Virus record (IMG/VR): IMGVR_UViG_3300020464_000013
Coordinates: 1-31,867 of that record
Strand: one strand, 5' to 3'
Length of the DNA: 31,867 nucleotides
From: a virus
Lineage: Duplodnaviria; Caudoviricetes
Positions 16,547 to 27,267 of this stretch are shown piece by piece. The position numbers and the translations under genes are program-made. The stretch's first letter is position 1, and each line of letters starts with the position of its first letter. The notes below the pieces were generated by a model. The model ran no database searches. It was not told where the DNA came from and worked only from the letters and a program-made list of their open reading frames with translations.

Positions 16547-18304
16547 GTGAAAACCGTTGAAGAGATTATTAGCATTTATACCACCCGTTCTCGAATAAAC
16601 GATGCAGCAAAAGCTCGAATGCGTAATCTCCGAGATTATTATAACGGCGATGTTGTAGTTCCGTTGCCAGAACTAGACACAGATGAAAAATCTGCTGTAG
16701 CTAATTTGTTAGCACAAGGTTTAGATCAAACTGCAATGCGAATTGCATCAACACAACCAGATATTTTTTGCCCAGCAATAGATTCTGAAACTAAACGAGC
16801 ACGAGACAATGCAACTACCCGACGTAAAGCATTATTTGGTTGGTGGGAAAACAGCCGAATGGATTTACAACTTGGCAAACGTGCACGACATCTAATCGGT
16901 TATGCAACTAGCGTCGTGCAATTACGATTTAACCCTGTAACTAAATGCCCTGAATGGCATCTTCGTGATCCACTAACTGCTTACCCTGCAAAAATGTTAG
17001 GCGTAGATGACTTACGACCACGAGATGTAATCTTTGCGTACGAACGTTCGTTAGGTTGGTTACGCCAACACTACCCAGAAGCAGCACGCCAATTTGGCAA
17101 TGACACTAATGTCACCGAAGATCAACCAATAGAAATGATTGAATACGTTGACGGTGAAGAACAAGTACTAATCGGTACACGTTCACCAATACAAACAGTT
17201 AGCTTCGGTGTTACCAACGAATCAAGTCCTTTCATGGCGCTAGAACTAGAACGTGCCCCAAACTTATTAGGCGAAACACCTGTTGTATTTTCACAACGAA
17301 TAAGTCTTGATGATGCACAAGGACAATTCGACGGCATCCTCGGCATGTACCAAATGCAAGCCCGGTTAATGGCTCTCGAAGTTATAGCCGTGCAAAAAGG
17401 AATTTTCCCAGATACATGGTTAGTTGGGCGAGCCGGAGAAACACCACAAATTGTAAACCCAGCAGATGGTTTAACTGGCGAAGTTGGAATTATCCGTGGC
17501 GGAGAACTACGAGATTTGTCGTTGCAACCCGGCTACATGACTAACCCAGCTATCGACAGACTTGAACGAGCACAGAGATTAACTGCTGGCATACCACAAG
17601 AATTTGGTGGCGAATCAACTTCAAATATTAGAACAGGTCGTCGAGGCGACGCTGTACTTTCCGCAGTTGTAGATTTTGCTGTGCAAGAAGCACAAAGAAT
17701 TTTGGCACGGTCACTGCAAGAAGAAAACAAACTTGCAATTACTATGTCTAAAAAATATGCAGGTGGACGTAAACATAGTTTTTATGTGTCAACTAAAAAC
17801 GCTAAAGGACATGTTGATTACGTTCCGAACAAAGATTTCGACTCTACAGAAAACATTGTTTCGTACTCACACCCCGGTGCAGATATAAACAATCTTGTCA
17901 TAGGGGGCGGACAGCGAGTTGGTATGGGCACTATGTCTAAACAATCGTTTATGGCATTAGACCCATTAGTAGATGATCCAGAATTTGAACACGACACAGT
18001 AATAGCGGAACAACTTGAACAAGCACTTCTTGCTTCTGTGCAACAACAAGCAGTAGCTGGTGCAATACCACCAGCAGATCTTGCACGCATAATGGAACTT
18101 GTTAAAAACAATGACATGGAACTTGCTGGTGCAATTGACAAAGTTCAAAAAGAAGCACAAGAACGACAAGCAACATTAGTTGAAGAAATGGCGCCTGAAG
18201 CACAACCCGGACTAGCAATGCCCGGAGTAGGAGCAGAATCTCCTGTAGCTCCACCGCCAATGCAACGTGAACCTTCTATTGACGAATTAATGGCGGCGCT
18301 GTAA
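16547..18304 (+). CDS. Portal protein
   Basis: Follows terL; ~585 aa; VANLLAQGLDQ...RTGRRGDAVLSA; start moved to GTG after GAGG. Confidence 0.8.
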   Translation: MKTVEEIISIYTTRSRINDAAKARMRNLRDYYNGDVVVPLPELDTDEKSAVANLLAQGLDQTAMRIASTQPDIFCPAIDSETKRARDNATTRRKALFGWWENSRMDLQLGKRARHLIGYATSVVQLRFNPVTKCPEWHLRDPLTAYPAKMLGVDDLRPRDVIFAYERSLGWLRQHYPEAARQFGNDTNVTEDQPIEMIEYVDGEEQVLIGTRSPIQTVSFGVTNESSPFMALELERAPNLLGETPVVFSQRISLDDAQGQFDGILGMYQMQARLMALEVIAVQKGIFPDTWLVGRAGETPQIVNPADGLTGEVGIIRGGELRDLSLQPGYMTNPAIDRLERAQRLTAGIPQEFGGESTSNIRTGRRGDAVLSAVVDFAVQEAQRILARSLQEENKLAITMSKKYAGGRKHSFYVSTKNAKGHVDYVPNKDFDSTENIVSYSHPGADINNLVIGGGQRVGMGTMSKQSFMALDPLVDDPEFEHDTVIAEQLEQALLASVQQQAVAGAIPPADLARIMELVKNNDMELAGAIDKVQKEAQERQATLVEEMAPEAQPGLAMPGVGAESPVAPPPMQREPSIDELMAAL

Positions 18305-18702
18305 TGCCACGTAAAGGTAAAGGCTCTAAAACACAAGCTGTGCAAACTGCTTCTGGTCAAGAATATGGTGAAGCGACTATGCAAGAACAGTCTCAACAAC
18401 TTGTGCCTTTGCCACAAAACGTTGATACGTCTGTTTCGTATGGTCCACCCCCAAAACCAAAACAACTACCCGGTCAAATGGGTGACCCTTTTCGCAACAC
18501 AGATAGACCTAACGAATCTATACAAGCTACTCCCCCAACAAACCAACCTCCTCCTTTACCGCCAGAACGAGCACGCTTATTAGGACCTGCGTTACATGTT
18601 TTGTATGCAATAAGTAATAACGCTTACGCAGACCCAGACATGCAAGCAACAGTACGGCGCATGGAAAACTTTATTCCTACTAAATATGACCAACCATTAT
18701 GA
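18304..18702 (+). CDS. Pro/Gln-rich virion-associated hypothetical protein
   Basis: Coupled on both sides; follows portal. Confidence 0.65.
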   Translation: MPRKGKGSKTQAVQTASGQEYGEATMQEQSQQLVPLPQNVDTSVSYGPPPKPKQLPGQMGDPFRNTDRPNESIQATPPTNQPPPLPPERARLLGPALHVLYAISNNAYADPDMQATVRRMENFIPTKYDQPL

Positions 18703-21700
18703 GCATTGGCAGCCGTTTATACGAAATCGCTAGAACGCCGTTTGTTTTTACGGCACAAGCTACAGATTTTGTTATTGATGCTATAACTCATTTACCAGAT
18801 TCGTATGAAATGCAAGGCGGCGGAACACAAGGAGTTATATGGGGGCCGTTTCGTTCAGTCTTTGAATCGTTTAGAGATAACGTTGCTGGTCAAGCTAGTT
18901 TAACTAACGACTATAAACCCGGTGACAGTCTTGTCGGGATGGTGTTAGGACCTAAAGGTATTATCGGAGCAACTGTAGAAGCTATTCCTGAATACGTTGG
19001 TCCAGTTCCTGTTCGTAAAGCAGCAAGTGAAGTTTTATGGACACCGTTTTTAGAAAGTATGCAACGCAGTTACAAACTGTTTATTGACAGACCAGTTGGT
19101 GCGTTAGCAACAATCGGAAATATTTACGGGTTAGAAATTATTGGTAATACAGATCCAAATAAAGCTGGTTGGTCTTCGCCGTTAAAAAGCGAATTTTGGG
19201 ATTTAGAAACCCAAGGATTAGCGCCAGAACAAATTGGGCAACGGTTGTTAAATGCAGTACCCGGCGATTTATTGCAAGATGATTATGACTCAGTTCTTTT
19301 CAACATAGACACATACAAAGATGTGTGGAATGTAACTAACTCACGCAGCGCTGGACAAGCGGTTGCGTTGTCGTTACAAAACGTAGACATATTTAATCCT
19401 GACGCTGTTCAAGAATTTGAAAACACTTTGTATTATCAAACGGTTTCAGGGCTTACAGATCTTTCTTTAAACATTATTGGTGACCCTGCGTATCTTGTGG
19501 CTAAAGGGATACGAGCAAATATAGGTTTGCGAAAAGCAAAAGAAACCTATATGGATACAGGCAAATACATTTTGCCACCAAAAACAAATCTTGCTCCTTT
19601 TGATTTTCCAGAACCACGTCCTACACGTTCAGGTACGGCACGAAAACGTGACCCTCTTTTATTCGACAAATTTTCGTATCAACCTAAATGGTTGAAAGAT
19701 TCGTCAGTTACACCAACTGTTGATGAGCTAGTTACTAGTCAAGGGTTTACAAACTTCCGTTCTGTTGTTCGTGACATTTGGTATGAAACGCTTGAACGAA
19801 CAGGTGTGCGTGCTGCTGATCTTGATGTTGATTACACAACAACTGGAGAAAAAGGCACAGAAATACGTGATGCTGCGCTTGAAGATGTAATCGAATCTCG
19901 TGTCGAATCGCAGGTTGTTCAAGATCTAATTAACGAAAAACAAACTTTGTTAGATGAGCAAAATACATCTCAACCTGATCTTGTTGGGGTAATAAACGAT
20001 CTTGCTGAGGATTCACAAGCTCCATTTTTTGACCAATATCAAGGGGCGAACCTTTATCAACTGTGGTCAGAAGATTCCCCAATGTTTATTCCTTCTACAA
20101 AAACAGAATCTTTTGTAAACGATGTAGTTTATGTAGCAGCAGGAGGCAAAGAATTTAAAGGTATGCCTGACCCAATATTTGAGGTTCCGGTATACCACGG
20201 GGCAAGAGGTCAAGCTGCTGATTCTTTGTCTAGCTATATAGACGATGATGGTTATCTTGTCTTATATGCTTCAGAAAACTTTAATGGCAGAGTTTCTTCT
20301 GTTTCTTTTACACCGTTTTTAGACACAGCAATGGATTACGGAACTCGTCTACCGGGATCAGGTGGTAAACGAGTAGATGGTGTTATTTTTGAAATTGATG
20401 CTAACGCTTTAGGCGGTCGTCAACGTATTGAATCAGCAGAAGAAGTAGCAATTACTTTTGATTTACCACACAATCGACAAAATAATGTACGGATTCCTCC
20501 TAACCAGTTTCGTGTAATTGATACTCGTAAAGGAAGTTACGCTGACGAACTAAAAAGTTTTTCTGACGAAGAGTTAGCAAAACGATGGATTGCAAAAGAA
20601 ATAGATGGAGAAATTACAGAAAATCTAGGTGTAGATGTTGGTTTTAATGCAGATTCAGCCGCATTAACTGATGAAATAGGTAGACGGTTTGCAGAATTTG
20701 AGCAACGCCAAAACAATATTCCTGCTCGACTAACAGAAATAGAAAACGCACAAATATGGGAAACAGGTGTACCACGGGTACGCCGCACTAACACCGAACA
20801 ATTCATAGACAACGTTGCATTAAACATTTTGCGTGCAGGAAACGAAGGCCGGTTAGGTCCCGGTTGGAAACGCATGGCCGACGACCAAGCTTATATGTGG
20901 GCCAAAATGATGGCGATAACTGCAAACGGAGCAGAACTTACTTCGTCAGCTTGGCTTCCTTTCGACAACTTGTGGCGATGGAATTTAGGTTCTGACGCTG
21001 CACGAAACGCTTTAGAAAACCAAGCAAACTTTGTTGTTACGTTGTTTAAAGACGCAAACCTTAGCGGTTTTAATAACTTTGTTGCCGAGTATCGTGCTTT
21101 AACAAACCAAATAAATCACATAGAACAAACAGTTCGTGACGGTTTCCCACGTGGAAGTAAACAGCAAGCAGAAGTACAAATTCAAGTTCTTAAAGAACGT
21201 CGTAATCGTGTTGCTAATTTGTTTGATGAACAAATAAGTTTAATGCTTACTAAAACTGATGAGTTTTTAGCTAAGAACACGGACAATGTTGATGATGTTG
21301 TTCCGGCTAAAGGCACACCAGAGTTTGATGAGTTTGTTAGCCAACTAGATCAACTTAAACAAATGCCGTGGAATGCAATTCTTTCTACTAAAGAAGATTT
21401 GTTAAAAACACTTGTTAAACGTGTTGATCCACCGAATGTTGGACCTGACAAAGCAGCTACAACAAGTCGTAATATTGATGGCTTTAATGACAGTGGAAGT
21501 ATTATTGAAGCAGCTACATACGAAATTTTAAATACAGCACATATTCCTACAGCGCCTACACAGATGCTTCCTTACTTGGGAGCAAGTAGTAGAGCAGGAT
21601 TTAGCGCACGCACATTTTTAGAAAAGTCAGATAAGTACAATGAACTTCGTGCTAAACGAGCAGTTCGTGTAGTTGTAGACAAAGTTGCTCAAAGCACAAT

Positions 21701-24700
21701 TAATTGGAACAATCTTCCTCATGCTTATGAGCAGATAGAACGAGCATTGCGTGATTACGGTCGAATAGAACCTCGTCAAATTGACCCTCGTAGAAGAAAA
21801 CTTATTTGGCAAGGAATAGATGCGCCACGAGATGCAAACGTTACCATGTTTGATATTGCTGGTATTAACCCAGACAAACTTATAACAGACATTCTTAACG
21901 CTAAAGATATGAATGCTAGGCGTTTGCTTTGGGATAACGCAGTAGAAACTATGAATCAAGCGTTAGTCAATGAATTTCTTAATGTTGCAGATCCAGCAAA
22001 TAAAGGCACAGTTTTAATTGCTAACGAAAAAGTAACTCAAATTTTGCGTGGGCAACTTACCGATGTTAAAGACCTCATTTTAGAATCAGGCGTTAAAACA
22101 GATAAAGCCTACACAAACGCTGACTTTACTGTCGTTAACTTTGCAGACGACGGAGCACAATTCCACCTCGGGTTACCAATATCTCCTTCACAACTAGGTG
22201 ACACATCTGTCGTACCAAGATACGACATGTACAAACAACTAACTCGTATTGCTGAAGGTGACTTCAGAGAAATAACTAACCCGGCAACAGGTATACGAGA
22301 TCAAGTACACATTGGTGCAGCACGAGCAAAAGTACGTGCTGTACGCCGTGGATTTTCTACCGTTTGGAAACGAAGTGTGCTTTTAACACCTCGATGGCAA
22401 ATGGTTGTCAACCTTGATTCTTTGTTAAGAACAGTAGCTAGCGTTGGGGCTGGCGCTACATTTGCACGTTTAGGCGGACGCTTTGACGATTTGCGTGCAA
22501 GATGGTTACGTCGAGCAGGTATTGATGTAACAGGAATAGTTGCTAGAGAACTAGACGAATGGGCAACAGAATGGCGAGCCAATAACAAAGAAGATCTCGG
22601 CATTTGGGTAGACGACCCAGTATTAATGAAAGACCCAATTGCACAATGGGCAAGAGGCGAAAACGTTACTGAACCTTTAATGGTAGAACGGTCGCCATTT
22701 GTAAAAAACGCAGACCTTTACAACAACGTAACTGACGGCGGATTTGAAGAGTTTGTCACAAACATTATCGACCGTGAATACGCTGCTTCTCGCCGTATGC
22801 GACGCACATCATTAATGACAGGTGCAGGCTTGTTTTTTGCTGGCCCAGTAGGTGCCGCTGTATCTGCTGTTACATACAACAAATATGCACGAACAAGTTT
22901 AGCTTCGGCTGCACGTAGACAAGTAGCTGAAACATATGGGCAAGCCATAATGCTTGAAGCAGCCGACAGTTTAAACAGACTAGAAACATTAGAAACTGCA
23001 ATTGTAAAAGGTTACACACCTGACCAATTCGATATACGTGATTTTGATTCGTTAACACCCGACGAAATTGGTTTGTTAGAAGACGGTGTGCCATTAGAAC
23101 AAGTAATGGCAATAGCAAAAACAAACCGTCGTGAAGCAGCACGTTTGCTTTCTGCACGAGCAGAGTTAGTAACTGAGTACCAAAAAGTTGTTGTTGATCA
23201 GTTCCGAGCAACTCAACCTGAACTTGCTGGACGTTTTGACCAAGCAGCAGAAATATTGTCTGATGTCGGTTACGACCAAAGCCAACTAGGAAACGCAGTT
23301 ATACAAAATGCGTGGGGTGACACACCACAACTACAAGAAGTATGGAAACGAGTTAACAGTTCTAATGCTTCAGCACGTCATTTGTGGAACGAAGAAAACG
23401 CTGTTTTGCGAAAATCAGAACGTTACCAAGGCGCACGACAATACGACTACACAACACCTAACGAACAATCAAACTTTATAAACGCTTACGACGATTACAT
23501 GAATCGTCATGCGTCAAGTCAAGGTGTTCCGGGTGTAGATGCACACAGAGATTTTTGGAGACAGTTCTGGTTAAACAAATCAGATAAAGAAATTTATGAG
23601 TGGATGCAAACTGAAGGCAGGCAAGTCATTGACGACATGCCTGAAGAATTCCAAACACCTGAAGGAATGCAAAACCTTATTGACAACGTGCGGTATGAAG
23701 CAAACTCGTTAGTACCTAATAGACCAGAGTTTGCTGGTGTACGAAATCAATTAGCAAAAGGCGAACGAATCACATGGCTCGGTGATGTACAGCCAGTGTT
23801 AGACGAAATTCGCAAAATCCAAGACGAAGTACTTGCTGAAATACTTACAAGTGGTGCTGACATGCGAGTGGTTGATGGTTATGTTGCACCGTTTGGTAGT
23901 GCTGGTATTTGGGCTGCTTTCGATGCAGTCAAGCAACAAAACAATATTACAAACAGCGTAAAAGCAGCACAGTATTTAGAAACGTTATCGACAGTAGAAC
24001 GTATACGACTTGGCTCAAACGTCCAACCACAAACTGCTGCATTTGCAGATATACGAACGTGGGAAGGCGGAATCGATTTCGGTAAAACTGTTAACAGTTC
24101 TGAATACGCAGATGCTTTGCAAACACGAGAATTACGCAAACGAGCAGTATCCTTGATAGACCAATTCTTTACTACACGTTTTGAAAACCTGTCACTAGTT
24201 GAAGACACAATTTCTCGTGGAACAATGTTCGAGGCTGTGTACGAACGCACAATGGCTGACAACCTGCAACGTTACAGAATGGAAGACGGGACTTATAAAG
24301 TAACCGGCGAGCAAATAAATCAAATGTCGCAGAATGCTCGCCAACAAGCGTTGTTTGAAACAAAACAAGTTCTTTACGACCTCGCAGAACGTTCACGATT
24401 TGAAGAACTAATGACTGAACTAATGCCATTCCTTGGAGCGTGGACAGAAGTTGCAACACGATGGATGGGTCTAGCAGGCCAAAACCCAGTGTTCGTTGCT
24501 AGAGCTTTACGTCCTTGGCATGTCATAACAGCTAAAGACGAAAACAACCAAACACGTTTGTTGTTCAAAATGCCTAACGTATTTGACACTGATTCACCCG
24601 GAGCGCTTAAAAGCGTTCCATTTATGGAAAAACTATTTGGTCCAGTTTCAGTATTAACAAACGAAACAGTTGATCTTAACCTTGGGTCTGCTTCAATGAT

Positions 24701-25967
24701 TGGGGCTATGCCGGGGGCAGGCCCGATTTATCAAGTACTAGCAACAGAAGCTGTGATTGCTTTACCTGAGCTAACTGAATTTCTTGACTGGTCTTTGCCT
24801 TACGGTTACGCCGAAGGCGATAACGCAGTAACAAGATTTGTAAACGCACACACTAACTCTTGGATTAAGAGTGTCGGCCAAATGGCAGGTTTAGAAACTA
24901 ATTCACGATCAGCTACAGCAGTACGTGTGTCACAAGATTACTTAGCTCAAATGCATGAGCAAGGGCAACAAATACCAAACACGCCAGCAGAAATAGCAGA
25001 ATTTGAAGCAGAAGTTGAACGGCGAGTAAAAATGATTTACGGAATGCGAATGTTCCGATCTATCGCAGTTCCAGTATCTTTCAGACAACAATCACCGTAC
25101 CAAGCAATTATCCAAAACTTTTACCGTATCGAAGACGAACACGATGCCGAAGTTGCTGATTACTGGTTGTTAGAAAACCACCCAGAACTCTGGTCATTTA
25201 CTGGCAGAAAATACGCAACCGCAGGTGTAATAGCAGGCAATCTAGAAGGACATATAAATTACGAACGCCACAAAGAAATAGCCGACGAATTCCCAGAGTT
25301 AGGTGGATTTGTTACAGGTTCTGTAGGCGCTATAGATGTTCAATTCGAACGAAACCGTGCAGTACGTGACGCAGAAATTAGAGAAGGCCGTAGAGAATAT
25401 TTAGAACCTGCTGGTATTTTAACTGAAGCAGCAGAAGCTATCGGATGGCGCGAATACCGTGTGTTCCGTAACTCTTTAGATGCTCAATTGCGTGTACGTG
25501 TTAACAGCGGTGGTTCTGCAAGTTTAAACGCTAAATCAAATCAAGATTTGCGACGAAGCAAAGATGAGTTTGTTCAACAGCTAGGTACAACTAACCCGAA
25601 TTGGTTAGCTGAGTTCAACACTATTGGGCGTGCAGATAAACAGCGACGAATTTTAGACGGGTTCAGACAAATCGTTGCAGACCCAACGTTTGCTTATCGT
25701 CCAGAGATCCCTGAAATAGAAATGTTTTTAGCGTTGCATGACAGTATTGGGTATGAGTTACAACAACGTGCTACTGCAACTGGTAATGACCAGTATCTAA
25801 GATTGTCGTACAACAAGAACGAAGATTTAGACCAACGTTGGAATGTTGGGTTGTTGCAAATACTTCAGTACCCAGACTTTGGTCCTATCTACGATAGATA
25901 TTTTAGTAAAATTGATAGTGTCTCTACCAAAAATCTTCCGGTTAGAGAATTAATAGGAGCGCCTTAA
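18699..25967 (+). CDS. Large internal virion / ejection protein with ART-like insert
   Basis: 2422 aa, mostly helical, in the structural module; ART-like motifs at ~20175-20535. Confidence 0.6.
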   Translation: MSIGSRLYEIARTPFVFTAQATDFVIDAITHLPDSYEMQGGGTQGVIWGPFRSVFESFRDNVAGQASLTNDYKPGDSLVGMVLGPKGIIGATVEAIPEYVGPVPVRKAASEVLWTPFLESMQRSYKLFIDRPVGALATIGNIYGLEIIGNTDPNKAGWSSPLKSEFWDLETQGLAPEQIGQRLLNAVPGDLLQDDYDSVLFNIDTYKDVWNVTNSRSAGQAVALSLQNVDIFNPDAVQEFENTLYYQTVSGLTDLSLNIIGDPAYLVAKGIRANIGLRKAKETYMDTGKYILPPKTNLAPFDFPEPRPTRSGTARKRDPLLFDKFSYQPKWLKDSSVTPTVDELVTSQGFTNFRSVVRDIWYETLERTGVRAADLDVDYTTTGEKGTEIRDAALEDVIESRVESQVVQDLINEKQTLLDEQNTSQPDLVGVINDLAEDSQAPFFDQYQGANLYQLWSEDSPMFIPSTKTESFVNDVVYVAAGGKEFKGMPDPIFEVPVYHGARGQAADSLSSYIDDDGYLVLYASENFNGRVSSVSFTPFLDTAMDYGTRLPGSGGKRVDGVIFEIDANALGGRQRIESAEEVAITFDLPHNRQNNVRIPPNQFRVIDTRKGSYADELKSFSDEELAKRWIAKEIDGEITENLGVDVGFNADSAALTDEIGRRFAEFEQRQNNIPARLTEIENAQIWETGVPRVRRTNTEQFIDNVALNILRAGNEGRLGPGWKRMADDQAYMWAKMMAITANGAELTSSAWLPFDNLWRWNLGSDAARNALENQANFVVTLFKDANLSGFNNFVAEYRALTNQINHIEQTVRDGFPRGSKQQAEVQIQVLKERRNRVANLFDEQISLMLTKTDEFLAKNTDNVDDVVPAKGTPEFDEFVSQLDQLKQMPWNAILSTKEDLLKTLVKRVDPPNVGPDKAATTSRNIDGFNDSGSIIEAATYEILNTAHIPTAPTQMLPYLGASSRAGFSARTFLEKSDKYNELRAKRAVRVVVDKVAQSTINWNNLPHAYEQIERALRDYGRIEPRQIDPRRRKLIWQGIDAPRDANVTMFDIAGINPDKLITDILNAKDMNARRLLWDNAVETMNQALVNEFLNVADPANKGTVLIANEKVTQILRGQLTDVKDLILESGVKTDKAYTNADFTVVNFADDGAQFHLGLPISPSQLGDTSVVPRYDMYKQLTRIAEGDFREITNPATGIRDQVHIGAARAKVRAVRRGFSTVWKRSVLLTPRWQMVVNLDSLLRTVASVGAGATFARLGGRFDDLRARWLRRAGIDVTGIVARELDEWATEWRANNKEDLGIWVDDPVLMKDPIAQWARGENVTEPLMVERSPFVKNADLYNNVTDGGFEEFVTNIIDREYAASRRMRRTSLMTGAGLFFAGPVGAAVSAVTYNKYARTSLASAARRQVAETYGQAIMLEAADSLNRLETLETAIVKGYTPDQFDIRDFDSLTPDEIGLLEDGVPLEQVMAIAKTNRREAARLLSARAELVTEYQKVVVDQFRATQPELAGRFDQAAEILSDVGYDQSQLGNAVIQNAWGDTPQLQEVWKRVNSSNASARHLWNEENAVLRKSERYQGARQYDYTTPNEQSNFINAYDDYMNRHASSQGVPGVDAHRDFWRQFWLNKSDKEIYEWMQTEGRQVIDDMPEEFQTPEGMQNLIDNVRYEANSLVPNRPEFAGVRNQLAKGERITWLGDVQPVLDEIRKIQDEVLAEILTSGADMRVVDGYVAPFGSAGIWAAFDAVKQQNNITNSVKAAQYLETLSTVERIRLGSNVQPQTAAFADIRTWEGGIDFGKTVNSSEYADALQTRELRKRAVSLIDQFFTTRFENLSLVEDTISRGTMFEAVYERTMADNLQRYRMEDGTYKVTGEQINQMSQNARQQALFETKQVLYDLAERSRFEELMTELMPFLGAWTEVATRWMGLAGQNPVFVARALRPWHVITAKDENNQTRLLFKMPNVFDTDSPGALKSVPFMEKLFGPVSVLTNETVDLNLGSASMIGAMPGAGPIYQVLATEAVIALPELTEFLDWSLPYGYAEGDNAVTRFVNAHTNSWIKSVGQMAGLETNSRSATAVRVSQDYLAQMHEQGQQIPNTPAEIAEFEAEVERRVKMIYGMRMFRSIAVPVSFRQQSPYQAIIQNFYRIEDEHDAEVADYWLLENHPELWSFTGRKYATAGVIAGNLEGHINYERHKEIADEFPELGGFVTGSVGAIDVQFERNRAVRDAEIREGRREYLEPAGILTEAAEAIGWREYRVFRNSLDAQLRVRVNSGGSASLNAKSNQDLRRSKDEFVQQLGTTNPNWLAEFNTIGRADKQRRILDGFRQIVADPTFAYRPEIPEIEMFLALHDSIGYELQQRATATGNDQYLRLSYNKNEDLDQRWNVGLLQILQYPDFGPIYDRYFSKIDSVSTKNLPVRELIGAP

Positions 25968-25968
25968 T

Positions 25969-27267
25969 ATGCCACCGTGGTTAAATAATTTTTTAAATGG
26001 GCTTGATCCTAGAGAAATGCTAATTATAAATCGTTTGTTTCTTAACAACGAAAACACACGGGAGCTTACTGAACGCATAGCGGACGAAACGCCTCGTGAG
26101 GGAGAAGAATTAGTAATTGATGCAGAAGCTGAAGATGAGTTAAAAACTGTAATTCTTGAACGAGAAGCAGAAAAAATTGAAGGCCCTATAACAGAAGCTG
26201 ACAAAGCTGAAATTGCTGCAAAAGTAGATGTTTCTGTTGATGATGCTCGGATTGCTGCTTTAGGAACTGAACAGCAACAAGCGGTAGGAACTGAGGCCCG
26301 AGAAATGGGTTTGCCTGATCCTTCAGGAAGTACAACGTGGCTTGTTAATGATGCGTATTTAAGCGCTTCTATGGACCCTGTTACTTTTTCGTTTACAACG
26401 AATGTTGTTCCTTATGGCAAAGGAACTTCTGGTCAATTTATGCGTGGTTCCCAAGATTTTCCGGGGATGCTTGGTACAACAGACATACAATTTTATGCAG
26501 CACGACCAAAAGTAGAAGGCGGTGGTCGAGGCGCTACACAAACTCCTTCGCCTACACAGTTGTCGTGGACTTACGATCAACGCAAATTAACAAATAATTA
26601 TGAGTTTATTTCTGTTAAAGAAACTGATGTGCCGTTTACTGTTAGCGACGCAATGGGGATTTACGATAAACAAGATGAACAAGGCAAACGTTTAATTGCA
26701 CAAGGTCTTGCTTTAGGCGATAACTCTAATGGTTCTTATACGTTTAAAGTTTTACAAAACGAAATGTTTACTAATCCTGAAGCTATTTATGATCGGGATG
26801 TTGTAGAAGCAGCAATTATGGAAATGAGTAATGCTGCTAGTACTAGAGCAAGATTTTTAGATAAAGGGTTTGCTGACTTAGGAGATCGTTTTAATCCAAC
26901 AACTGTGTTAGATAACCCTGATTCTTTAGGCTCGTTTCAAGATGATCTTTTTGATATGGCTGTTAACGCTAATCTTATTACTCAAATTACAGCAGACTAT
27001 GGGCGTGAACTAGCTGAACGAGCTTTGTCTAACATTACTGGATTACAAGATTTTTCTGGTTTTGCTGATTTAGTTGAAACGTGGACATCAGATATTCAAC
27101 AACAAAATATGGGGCGGTCGTTATCAGCGGCAGAAATACAAGCAGGGTTTGAAACTCGTATTGAAAATGAACCTATGTTGGAAGGCGCTATAGAAGCAAG
27201 CAATAAGTTAGTAGCGCAACAAGCATTAGGACGAGCTATTAAACGTGCGAATGCGAGGACTGCATAA
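25969..27267 (+). CDS. Probable internal virion protein
   Basis: 432 aa ORF; synteny only. Confidence 0.5.
   Translation: MPPWLNNFLNGLDPREMLIINRLFLNNENTRELTERIADETPREGEELVIDAEAEDELKTVILEREAEKIEGPITEADKAEIAAKVDVSVDDARIAALGTEQQQAVGTEAREMGLPDPSGSTTWLVNDAYLSASMDPVTFSFTTNVVPYGKGTSGQFMRGSQDFPGMLGTTDIQFYAARPKVEGGGRGATQTPSPTQLSWTYDQRKLTNNYEFISVKETDVPFTVSDAMGIYDKQDEQGKRLIAQGLALGDNSNGSYTFKVLQNEMFTNPEAIYDRDVVEAAIMEMSNAASTRARFLDKGFADLGDRFNPTTVLDNPDSLGSFQDDLFDMAVNANLITQITADYGRELAERALSNITGLQDFSGFADLVETWTSDIQQQNMGRSLSAAEIQAGFETRIENEPMLEGAIEASNKLVAQQALGRAIKRANARTA

Noticed and set aside
18699-25967. Tape measure protein or virion RNA polymerase
   Set aside because: No tail tube or chaperone genes, no TMP repeats, and no recognisable RNAP catalytic motifs
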